Source: Cenococcum geophilum
Taxonomy: Eukaryota
DNA length: 64,000 bases
Reading direction: 5' to 3'
Assembly (NCBI GenBank): GCA_050273025.1
Contig: CP158635.1
Location: 19,654,001 to 19,718,000, forward strand
Shown here in pieces: positions 37,330 through 49,300 of this stretch (its first letter is position 1; every line of letters begins with the position of its first letter). The position numbers and the translations under genes are program-made. The notes beneath the pieces are model-generated. The model was given only the letters and a program-made list of their open reading frames with translations. It did not search any database and was not told where the DNA came from.

Positions 37330-40300
37330 TGTAACCGACTACCGGTACTATGCCGAGACATAAGGCTGTAGCCTGGAAGGCTCCAAGACAGCATTGGCAC
37401 TACCTTCGTATATCTCGCATACCTCATATTATGGCTTAAATGAGTTAAAGATTAAGTTATAGACCCTACTGTTAGGGCTTTACTTTTGTGTATATATTTC
37501 ACCTAATTTCCATAGATTTATAATTAAGTCGTTTATTTAATTCTCCTATACTATAAAGCTTACAGTTATAAGCCCGGGTTGTACTACCTGCTAAGCAATT
37601 AATCTATTACCTTATTTAAGAAGTCACTACTTCTATTACCTTTGCAAGTGTCTTAAGCTTCTTTACCTATCAAACGAACGAACGGTTGACCCTAACTGAC
37701 GTACCCAACTGATGAACGAATTAATGAATTAAATTAAGAGTTTGGAACGTTAAAATAAGGTTTTTGCTAAGCTACTAATTGGACCCTGCCTAACCCCATA
37801 AATCCTAAAAATAACAACTATTAACGAATTAAAAGTTAACCTTATCCTTAACTAGCCATCCAATTGGATCCAATAGTTCTTTATTATCTAAGATACAGCT
37901 ATAACTAATGAGGTATAGAAGTATATCGACCTATCCATAAAAGACGAGCTTCTAAAGCTAGAACTACCGTATCAACCCGTATTAGCAGACATACTTCCTA
38001 ATGCCATATTAATAGCTTAACTGGACCAAATTAAGCTCACTGCCTATAACTAGCTCTACGCCGAATATAAGGATAATCTACGCGTACACGAGAAGCAAAA
38101 ATAGGCTATAAACGATATTAGCAACTACATTGTTTGCACCACATCGGTAGCCTACCTTCCACTCATTAACGGCCTCAACACGGTACATGAACGGCTTTAA
38201 GCATTAAAGACTGCACTTGCCCCTACCTCCTCAGGTTAAAAACACAAGGTCCTTAATTAATACACGGCTTTAAAATCCTACAATAAAAAGCAGAGTATTA
38301 AAAAATGGTTAAATAACTAGCGGAACGTCTACAAGCTTGTGGAGCAATTAGAGCTTTTAGACGTTTAGGGATTTAGAGCATACTATAATTTCGTTTAAGT
38401 AATTAAGCCAATCTCTTCTAGCTTTGTAGGAGCTCTAGAAGTAGACCTTATTTATAAGGAATAGAAGGGCGAAAATATACTATCTATTATTAAACTAATT
38501 AAGGAATTTAAGGAGCACTACCGTATGCAGCAAGTGGTATCCTCTGCTACCACTACCAATAGCTCTGCATTTGCAACCCTTTAAAATAATTTAAATTTTA
38601 ATTTAGATTCCAATAGTAATTCTAATTCCAACGGCAATTCTAATTCCAATTTAAGATGGAATAAGAAATGTATATACGGCCTCGTACATCGATTTAACGA
38701 CTGCTACTATATTGCTAAGAAGAAGCGCCTATAAGGATAGAAACCAAACCTAGACGTCCAGAAGGAAGTAGAAGAAAAGATCTTATCTACGCCTTGGATT
38801 AAACGTATAGTTAATTATATCCAAAAAGGAGGACAAGAAGTAAAAAAGGACGCAGAATCTATAATTAATTTTGACTCCAAAACCCCACCTTCTATAACAC
38901 CGACTAGCTATGCTACCGTGTTTAGTACTGGTTAAATTCCATTTAAACTCCAGAATACCTGGATACTTAACCCTAGTGTAGATACCTATGTCTATAATAA
39001 TAAAGAAGACTTTACCTTCTTATACCTAGTAGTAGAAGACGACTACCTAATTGCTGGCGGAAATTTTAAAAAGATTTAAGCTTATGGAATAGTAACCATT
39101 ACTGTTAATACACCTACTGGGAAGTTAAAAATGAAGCTATCCCACGTAGCACTAGCACCTACCTTTTTTATAAATATCGTAGCATTTTTAAGAGCTACTA
39201 ATAACGACATCCATTTCGACTTAGGACGAAACTTACTATACCGTCTAGCAACTGGCGAAATAGTATGCTATGCGAGATAACTAGGGGGCTACTGGGCACT
39301 AATACACAGACAGCCTACCCTAGATTTAATAACTCAATCGACCTTCTTAACAAGAAGACATCAACTAAGCAGAATGGCCCGTAAACTAGTCGGAGCTACA
39401 GCTACAAAATGGCATAAAATACTTGGCCATGTAGGACCTAACGCTATTAAGCAGCTTCCTAAGCACGTTAATGGCGTAGAGCTTAAAGAGCTAATTAACG
39501 AACGAGCACCGCTTAAAGTTGAATATGAAGTTTGCTTATTAGCAAAGCACACGCAGTAGATCTCTTAAAGACGAGAATATGAATATCTAGCTACTCGACC
39601 ATTCGAACGGCTCGCGTTTGATATTATTAACCTCGGAGTACCTAGATACAACGGCGATAGATATATTATGTATTTCTATTACACGTATTCCAAATTTAAC
39701 TTTGTGTTTACCTCTAAGAATAAGGACAAAGCTACTGTCCTACCTACCATCCGAAAGACCCACCGTTTGATTAAAATACGTTTCCACCAAGACGTCGTCT
39801 TCTTCTGGAGCGATGACGAACGAGCTTTTGGACAGACAGGAGACACCTTACAGACATGGTGCGCAGACGAAGGCATTACTTTTGAATGCCGAGCCCCGTA
39901 TACAGAAGAACAAAATGGCGGAGCTGAACGATCTGGACGAACCCTCATGGAACGATCAAGGGCTATGCAGCTGGAAGCATCCTTACCCCCGTCTCTAGGA
40001 CCAGAAGCCTTCCTTGCTGCTGGCTACGCACTCAACCGAACCCCAAATGAGCAACTAGGATGGAAAACTCCGTACGAGATCGCCTACGGCAAGACGCCAT
40101 CACTTACCCATATGCACGTATATGGCTGCAAGACCTATACGCTGGACAAACGAGTCAAAAAGGGAGATAAGCTAGGTCCCCGTGCATTGATTGGACACCT
40201 AGTCGGCTACGATTCGACCAATATCTATCGAATCTGGATTCCAAGTCTCTACAAAGTCATCCGAACCAGAGACGTTATATTTGACGAGACCTTGTTCTAT

Positions 40301-42875
40301 GACCCCAAAGGTCAAGACATCGACTACCTGCTAAGGGAAGCATTAGAAGACACCCTCCAGACAATTAGTCTACCAGAACCTCTCCACGAGGATGAATCTA
40401 AGGATGAATCTATCCTATATAGACCTACCTCGAATGCAGATTAAACGACTACACCTGAATCAAACGATTCGGCAGAGCCTCGTATGAAGGATACTGAGCA
40501 GTTACCGACTCCTAGTAGAACGGTATCTCCAGATCTACTAGAAATAAATACTACACCGGGAGGACTTTAAGACGATATCTTGGATATAATTAAAGCAACC
40601 CCTACCTAGTTAAGCTCCCTAGAACCATCTAATAGAGCAATTAATATAGCTCTACGAGCTAACGAAGTCTCGGCCAAACCTTCTGCCGACCTTATCCTAC
40701 TAGAAGGATCTAAACGAATTCGACGTTAAGCACATGCGATAGCACTAGCCAATCTATCTACCCTATTTGGTTACTACGCTGGATTTGCTATAGGATTAGT
40801 AAAGGACATTAGCCGAACTAGATCCTTATCCTTATCTCTATATTGGGACAATCTTCCTCCTAAACCAAAGAACCTTAAAGAACTAAGAAAGTATCCTTTA
40901 ACTACTGGCTTTTAAAAGGCTATGGAAAAAGAATACAACGACCTAAAACGCCGAGGGACATTTAAGACTGTACCAAAGGCAGAAGTATGCAACGAGCAGA
41001 TCCTTCTACTAAAATGGGTCTTTAAATATAAGCTTAACAGCGACGGCTACCTATAAAAGCTTAAAGCTTGACTGTGCGTCCGCGGAGACCTGTAGATCAC
41101 CGAAGAAGAGACCTATGCAGCAACCCTAGCTGCTCGAATATTCCGTGCCCTTATGGCTATAGCAGCCGCATTCAATTTGGAAATTCGACAGTATGACGCC
41201 GTAAACGTATTTATAAATGCCAAGCTTAGTAAACTAGTATACTGCTACTGCCCAGAAGGATTTAATTAAAATGGATATATCCTAGAGCTACTCATGGCGC
41301 TATACGGACTAAAAATATCACCGCTACTGTAGTATAAAGAGCTCACTAGTACCCTAGCTAAATTTGGATTGAAACCTATCCTAGGTATTAACTGCCTATT
41401 TACCGATGGACGACTTATTGTCTTCTTCTACGTAGACGATATTGCCGTTCTATTTGCCAAAAAGGACCTTTAAAGACTCGAAGAATTTGAAGCCAAATTA
41501 CTATAACGATACGAGATCCGTGCACTAGGAGACCTACAGTAGTTCCTAGGAATTTGAATTGAACGAGATCGAGTAAGTAGAAAGCTCTGGCTCTGCCAAG
41601 ACTCCTATATCGAAAAGATAGCTAATAGATTTAATATTTAACTAGGCAGATTTCCTAAGTCACTACTTCCTGCCGAAGAACTGATTCCGTCCGATTAATA
41701 GACGAACCCTTAAAGGACCCTAGCCTACTAGTAACGAGTAGGGTCTCTTACACACCTTACCGTATTTAGAAGACCTAATATTATAAAGACGCATTCCAAG
41801 CTAGCTGAATTCCTCACCAATCCAAATTAGGGATACCTTGACGCAGCAAACCAAGCTATAGCCTACTGCCTTGGAATAAAATCTACAGCTATTGAATACT
41901 TAGGGGAAGCTTTTAGAGCACACGTCTACTTTAGAAACCCCAAAGGAGAAGACGTTACCTTTTACGGAGTATCTGACGCAGCATTTGCGGACCATAAAGA
42001 GACCAGACGGAGCTCTTAAGGATATCTTTTTATCCTATTCGGAGGCCTAATTGATTGGAAAGCAACCCTACAGCGATCTGTTACTCGTTCGACTACCGAA
42101 GCAGAGCTTCTCTCCCTATCTACTGCTGCCGTTGAGATTATCTGGTGGCAACGATTCTTTGAGGCAATCGGCTTTAATTTAGAACGCGAATTTACCCTGC
42201 TATGCGACAATATGTAGACTGTACGCCTTCTTAAATAGGATACACCAAAACTCGACACCAAGCTTCGACATATTGACGTCCATTAGCACTAGCTTAGACA
42301 GGAAATCTAAGACAAAAAGATTGACGTACGATGGGTTCCTATAGACAAAATGCCTGCCGACGGCCTTATAAAAATCTTACCTTGTTAAAAGCACGAAGCA
42401 TGGATAAAGCAGTTAAATTTGGTAGATATTCGACATTAGATTACTACTGCATTATCTAGCAACTAGTATCATTGCAATATTTGCAATATCCGCAATATCC
42501 GCGATATTCGCAATATCAGTCACGGTTACCCCATCCTTTTGCTACTCCCAAATTGTATCTAAATTTCCTATTTTGGTATAGCCCCTACCTTTATTTTTAT
42601 TTTCTATAGCTTTAACTACACCGTTAAATCTGGGGGGGTGTGTAACCGACTACCGGTACTGTGCCGAGATATAAGGCTGTAGCCTAGAAGGCTCCAAGAC
42701 AGCATTGGCACTACCTTCGTATATCTCGTATACCTCGTATTATGGCTTAAATGAGTCAAAGATTAAGTTATAGACCCTACTGTTAGGGCTCTACTTTTGT
42801 GTATATATTTCACCTGATTTCCATAGATTTATAATTAAGTCGTTTACTTAATTCTCCTATACTGCAAAGCTTACA
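37330..42875 (+). mobile_element. Full-length Ty1/Copia retrotransposon nested in the Gypsy 2 gag
   Basis: 235-bp LTRs at 37330-37564 and 42641-42875 (TGTAAC..CTTACA); TSD AATAC at 37325-37329 and 42876-42880; PBS GTTATAAGCCC; PPT GGGGGGGTG. Integrase ORF 39668-40444 (EEQNGGAER) precedes RT (FYVDDI ~41425-41442) and RNaseH (SDAAFAD), the Copia domain order. Confidence 0.96.
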
Positions 42876-45800
42876 AATACAGTTCCAGACATTAGTAATA
42901 TAAGTTAAGTGGAATAATAGGGCGCTTATAGCATAGTATAAACAAGGACTTAAGGCTAAAGTCTAGGACGTAATTATCCTAATGGAAGATGCGGACACCC
43001 TAAGGGAACTAATAGATTAAGCGATTAAGATTAATAATTAGATCTACTAAAGGGAACAGGCTAAGAGAGGCTAGGATAGAGTTTTATAGTTATATAAGGC
43101 GCAGAGTACGCAACAACAGAAGCTAAGTTAAAAACTATGGTATGGCGTAAAGCTAATGGACCTTAGTGGTACTAAAGAAGCCTATAAAAGATAGAGTAAG
43201 AAACTATAAAAACCTAAAGGATAAGGATTAAGTGATTAAAGGTCTAAGGAGCAGAGGCCGAATTAGGGATTTTAGTAGTAGAAGACGTTTAGGCGGACTC
43301 TATAGCAAGAAAAATAGTTTAAAGAAGGAGCTTGCATAAATTGCGGAAAACAGGGTTATTATATTAGAGACTATAGAAGTGGGCAGAGTTACTATATAGT
43401 AAAAGGCACGAGACTAGCAGATGATATATACGTATAGAGGGACGACAATATACTATAAGGAACAAAAGAATATTCAATTAAAAGTTTTGCGTTCTATTAT
43501 AACAACGTATACCGAATTTATAAGGACGCTAAGTACGGCGCAAGCTATTAGCTATAAGAGCTAGCATCTATAGAATGCAAAGGAACCAATAAACCAGTTC
43601 GTAGATCGGACATTAAGGACAATAACTTCAATGTAGGCAAAACATTTTATAACAATAAGGTAACGAAGGCGGCTTACTAGGAATACGCAGACCTTAGAGA
43701 TGTTATACTAGAGGTAGAGGATAATTCCACTATAGAATAGGGAACATTAGTAGGGATTAAGACCCTACTAGATACGATATCTATCGCTTTACGAGACGCA
43801 AGAGAAGTAGGACAGTAAACCACTTTAGCACTTAATAAAGGCAAAAGGCCAAAGGCTTAAGATTCTTAAGATAAAATAAGAGATAACTAAGATTCTTAAG
43901 ACAAGATAAGGTAAGCTTAAGGACCTACAATAGACAAAAACCGATGGAGCAGAGCAGCAGCTTAGTTTAAAGATATATAAATAAGCTCGGGACAGAGATT
44001 CCCATAGGCATAAGATTCTCAAAAAGAGATAAGTGAGATTTAAGACTCTTAAGACAAGATAAGAACACTAAGCAAGCCTAGTTAGACTAAGGCTAAAGCT
44101 AAGCTTAAGTTAGGAGCAAGCTTAGGATTAAAGAATCTAAGGAATTAAGAATTTGGAGTATAAATTAGGACATCTATAAGTAAGAGGTAAGAGGCTTCTT
44201 TATAGATTAGAGAATCTGTAATATAAATAGTAACTAAACTAGGAGACAGATATATAGACCTAGAGGACTTACTAGTAGAATATAGTGTTTGGACTAAAGA
44301 TTAAAGAGTTAATACTAAGATTAAGAAGTAAGAAGACTTTAAGGATTAGAGCGTAAGACGCAAACTAAAAGAAACTATAGAAGAATTTAGAGTAAGAATT
44401 ATTGCATAGTAAGAACAGAAACTAGATAAGAGATCTAGTATATTAGGACGTATAAGGGACAGAGCGCTAGTATAAAGAATTACTAATAGGTTAAGAGTAG
44501 GCACACTAAAAGCTAAGTGGCTTACTAAACTAGAAGATAAAGAGGATTTAGGGATCCCTATTAGGTTTAAAGAACGATATATAAAGGGCTATTATAATAT
44601 AGTAATAAGAAGATACTTCCTTACGGACAAGCTATATATACTCTAGCAGCTATACTAAAAGTGGTATAGGCAAAGGCACAATAACGAGTGGGAAGATTTC
44701 TATATATAGTTAGATAAAAAAGTTATCTAAGACCACCTAATTACTAAGAAGGCTATAACTTACATTAAAGAAGCCTTAATTATAACGTTAAAGGATCTAA
44801 AGAAATAATTAGAGGACTAGAGAAGTAAGAGACGCATTTTAGTACCCGCGAATAAAGTTATAACGTTTAGATTAGCATAACAGAGGTTTAAACTTAAGGA
44901 TAAAGATAAGCTAAGAGTTAACCTAAAGCACCTAGTATACTATATGTTATTATAGATTGCGTGCGTAGACAACATATATAAAATGTATAAGAATCCAAAG
45001 GAAAAGAATTAGAAATACCCTATAAGGATATACTGGATAATAGATAAGTAATAGTATAGGAATGCTAAATACATATATAGATGGCATCTAGTAGAAGTCT
45101 AAGAGGAAGGGGATTTAATACTTTAACTAGGAAGATTTCTTACGGAAGAATGCTTAGATAGATAATAGTAGTGGGAATGCCTAAAGAATACGTATCTATA
45201 GTATATTAAAGATAAAAAGTAAACTAGGTATTAGCTGAAGAGCGAGCTAAGTATAATAGGATTAAGTAGCTAATAGTTAGGAAAAGTAGAGGCCTACGGA
45301 ACTAGAGGGAGCTAGTAGTAGAGCCTTAGACCCTTAAAGGAATTTAAGGATAATACCTAAATTTACGAGTTAAATAGTAAGATCAGCAGTTTGAGGCGCT
45401 AATAGATAGTGGAGTAACGTGAAACTATATCTTATTAATAGTAGTTAAGAGAATAGGACTACCTTATAGATAGAAGGAGCAACCTTACTTATTAGTTACG
45501 ATTTTAGGAGATCTAATAGCCTATAGAGGAGGGATCATTAATCTTAAAATAGGACCTATTTAGTTAACTATTAAAGAGAGACAAATTAAAATATCTTTTA
45601 ATATCCTACTATTGGGACGGGATAAGGCAGTATTAGGGATGCCTTGGTTATAGGAATACAATCTAAAGATCGATTAGATTATAGGTTAGGTTAATATTAG
45701 GGATACTTAACGCCGCAAAATGTAATAATAGGCTAAGTTAGTATAGTACTAAGTCGGAGCAATATATAAAGAGACTAAGTAAGGCTTAAGCTATATACCT

Positions 45801-48679
45801 AAGAGATACTATAAGTATAGCAAGAAACTATGGTCACTAGAAAGTAAAAAGCTATTAGCGTATATAGTATGGGACTATAAGATAGAATTGGAATTAGAAA
45901 CAAGTCTAAGGTTTTTTTTAATCTATAAGCTTACTAAAGAAGAAGGTAGAGTACTAAAAGAGTTTATTTAGGAAAACTTATGAAAGGGATATATTAGACT
46001 ATCGCAGTTATTAGCGGGTTATCCAGTACTATTTATACTAAAGAAGAATAGCAAACTAAGGCTATATATTAACTATAGATAGTTAAATAGCATTACTAGG
46101 AAGGATAGGTATCCTTTACCCTTAATTAGCGAAATCTAAGATAGGATAGGTAATGCGCAAATCTTTATAAAGATAGATCTAAGATAGGCGTACCATTAGA
46201 TTAGAATTAAGGAAGGCGATAAATAGAAGGCAGCCTTTAGGTTAAAGGAAGGACTATATAAACTATTAGTTATATAATTTAGGCTTATAAACGCACTAGT
46301 AACATTCTAAAAGCGTATTAACAATATATTAGGAGAACACTTAGATAAATTTATTATAGTATATCTTAACAATATTATTATCTACTTAATAACTAAGGAA
46401 GAATATGGAGAATATGTTAAATGGGTCTTAAAGAGACTATAAGAAGAATAGATGCTAGTAGTAATTAAAAAATACAAGTTCTTTACTAGGAAGACCAATT
46501 TTATTAGATTTATTATTAAACTAGGCCAACTTAGTATAGATCTAAAGAAGATTAAGGCTATAGTGAATTAGTAAGAACTAGAGAATGTTATACAATTAAG
46601 ATCGTTTCTAGGGTTTTGCAATTACTGTAGAAGGTTTATAGCGCAATAGTTAAAGGATATTAAGCTATTTACGCGACTAATAAGGAAAGAAGAACTATAG
46701 GTATAGGGAGAGGAATAGTGAGAGCTCTTTAAGAAAGTTAAGGAGTTATTTACCTAGGAGCCAGTTCTTAAAATCTATTAACTAGGACTAGAAATGATTA
46801 TAGAGACGGATGCATTAGACTATATACTAGGGGCGTGCTTTATGCAAAAATACTAAGATAAATAGCACCTAGTGGTATACTATAGTCGGAAGATAACACT
46901 ACTAGAGTTAAACTATAACATCTATAATAAGGAGTTATTAGGTATAGTTATAGTATTAAAGAAATAGAGAGCATTCTTATAAGGCATAGAAGAACTATTT
47001 ATAGTTAAGACGGATTATAAGAACCTAATAGGATTCCTAATAATAAAGGAACTTAACTAAAGATAGGTTAGATAGGTAGAGATGCTTATAGAATACTATT
47101 TCAAGATTTAGCATACTAAGGGTACAGATAATATAAGGGCAGACGCTCTAAGTTATAAGGCTGAACTATAAAACGATAAAAAGCTATTAGGGGCTTTACT
47201 GCGAAAAGATATAGACGGATTGATTAGGTATAATTATCCAAAAATTATAGCAACTTAGGAAAATAATGAGTTAGAAAAAGTCTACGAGATACTAGAAAGC
47301 TTTTAGGTATAAAGAATTCTAAAAGCATAGCTAGAAGATCTATAGACGGATATATATAAGAACTGAGAAGTAAAGTATATCCTAAGAAGTATAGTAGAGC
47401 AGTTTATAGAGGACTTCTATAAGGGACTAACTTAAGGACATAATAGAGCTACGGGCTTAGTGTTAAGACTTTAAGAGGAGTACATTATTAACGGAATCTA
47501 GAGGATAGCTAGGAAGGTCACTAAGGAGTATCTAGATTGCTAAAGGAATAAACTAATAAGACATAAGCCATATAGAGGGCTATAACCTATTAAAATACCA
47601 GAGAGACTATGGGAGGTCATATTATAGGACTTTATTATTAAGTTGCCAAGATTAAGAGATCCTATTACCGGATAAGATTATAACGTAATCTTAGTAATAG
47701 TAGACAAGCTTATAAAGTAGGAATACTTTATAGCATATACGGAAGAAATCTTAGCGGAGGATATCGCTAGAATTTATATTAAAGAAGTATTTATAAGATA
47801 TAGAGCACTAAGCAAGATTATATTAAATAGAGATTTAAGATTCATAGTAGTATTCTAAGAGGTATTCTTAGCGGAGTAAGGAGTTAGAGCAGCAACTTTT
47901 ACCGTATATTATCTATAGATAGACGGTTAAACGGAAAGATTAAATTAGATACTAAAGCAGTATCTAAGATATTATATTAATTACGTACAGAATAATTGGG
48001 TATCGCTATTACTAGTTATATAGTTTGCATATAATATAACACCTTAAGAAGGAATAGGCATATTACTATTTAAGGTAAATTATAGATATAAGCCAAGAAT
48101 ATTATTATTACTACAGCAAGTAAAGAAAATAAGTAGCACAGCTAAAGAAAGAATAAAGACGTTAATAAATCTTTATATAGACTTTATAAAATTAGTGAAG
48201 AAAGTACAAGAGAGAATAAAAAGGTACTATAACGCTAAGAGATTTAAGGGACTAGATCTTAAGGAGGGAGATAAAGTATGGCTACTATATAAAAATTTTA
48301 AGAGTTAACAACTAAGCAAGAAGTTAGACTACGTTAGACTAGGACCTTTTAAAATTACGTAGAGAATTTCACTAGTTACGTTTAAGTTAAACCTACTAGC
48401 TAGAATAAAGATCTACCCTATATAGCACATTATAATGCTAGAGCCAGTATATAGGAATATTAAGCTACTAGTTTATAAAGCAGATACATATAGAGGATAA
48501 GAAGAAGACAAATAGTAAGTTTTAAAGATCGTTAGTTATAAGAATATTAACAACAAAATATAGTATAAGGTTAAGTAGATAGGCTATAATAAGACTACCT
48601 AGGAACTACTAAAGAATTTAAAAAACGCTATAGGAAAGGTATAGAAGTATCGGAAGAGATTAGGTTAGGCAGTATTAAA

Positions 48680-49300
48680 AAAAAAAATTTATAAAAGAAT
48701 AAGTCACCTAAGGGGGACCTAGGAAGAGCAGTTGCCGAACTACTTAAATCTATTTCCTTCTCTATTAGAGGAGAATCCGTTCTTTTATTACTAAGTTCCT
48801 ACAAACCTTATTTTATAAGTTTTTACTCTTTAGAACAGACCTTTTTACAAACCTTCTTAAGACGGATCAACCAAGCAGACGCAGTAAGACGGGAATTAAG
48901 GGCTCTTTGCTAAGCTTTAGCAGCCTTATATTCCGCGTTATAAGAACAGCGTAGTTCCGCCAGAGTAATAGACAGTTTATTATCTAGCCGCGTAGCAGCA
49001 GATTAAATATGAGACCCTAAGATAAATTAATTAAGAAACTAGACGACTATTAAGAGTAATAGGTTATATATATTTAGCATTAGAGACGGAGCGAACGTCA
49101 TAGGACAAATAAATATTTGCTTTAGTGCACTCTAAGTAAGAGAACGGTTATCGCAAAGATGGGTTCGCCAGCGCAATATAAACTAACCCCTCTTTTAAAC
49201 AGCAAGAATATAGAGACGGCATAATCTCACTAAGAGATAATATTATAGTAATAGTGCGAGTATAACGGGCAGTTAAAGAAGAAGAAATTGCTTTAGGTAT
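48680..49300 (-). pseudogene. Antisense, spliced Zn2Cys6-like/coiled-coil accessory ORF within Gypsy 2 (RIP-mutated)
   Basis: Reads IPKAISSS..EIMPSLYSCCLKEGLVYIALANPSLR*PFSYLECTKANIYLSYDVRSVSNAK, then an intron at 49071-49017, then WSHI*SAATRLDNKLS..RLKKVCKKVCSKE*KLIK*GL*EL. Reverting TAT/TAC to TGT/TGC gives C-x2-C-x6-C-x13-C-x2-C-x8-C. The 3' end is approximate. Confidence 0.68.
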
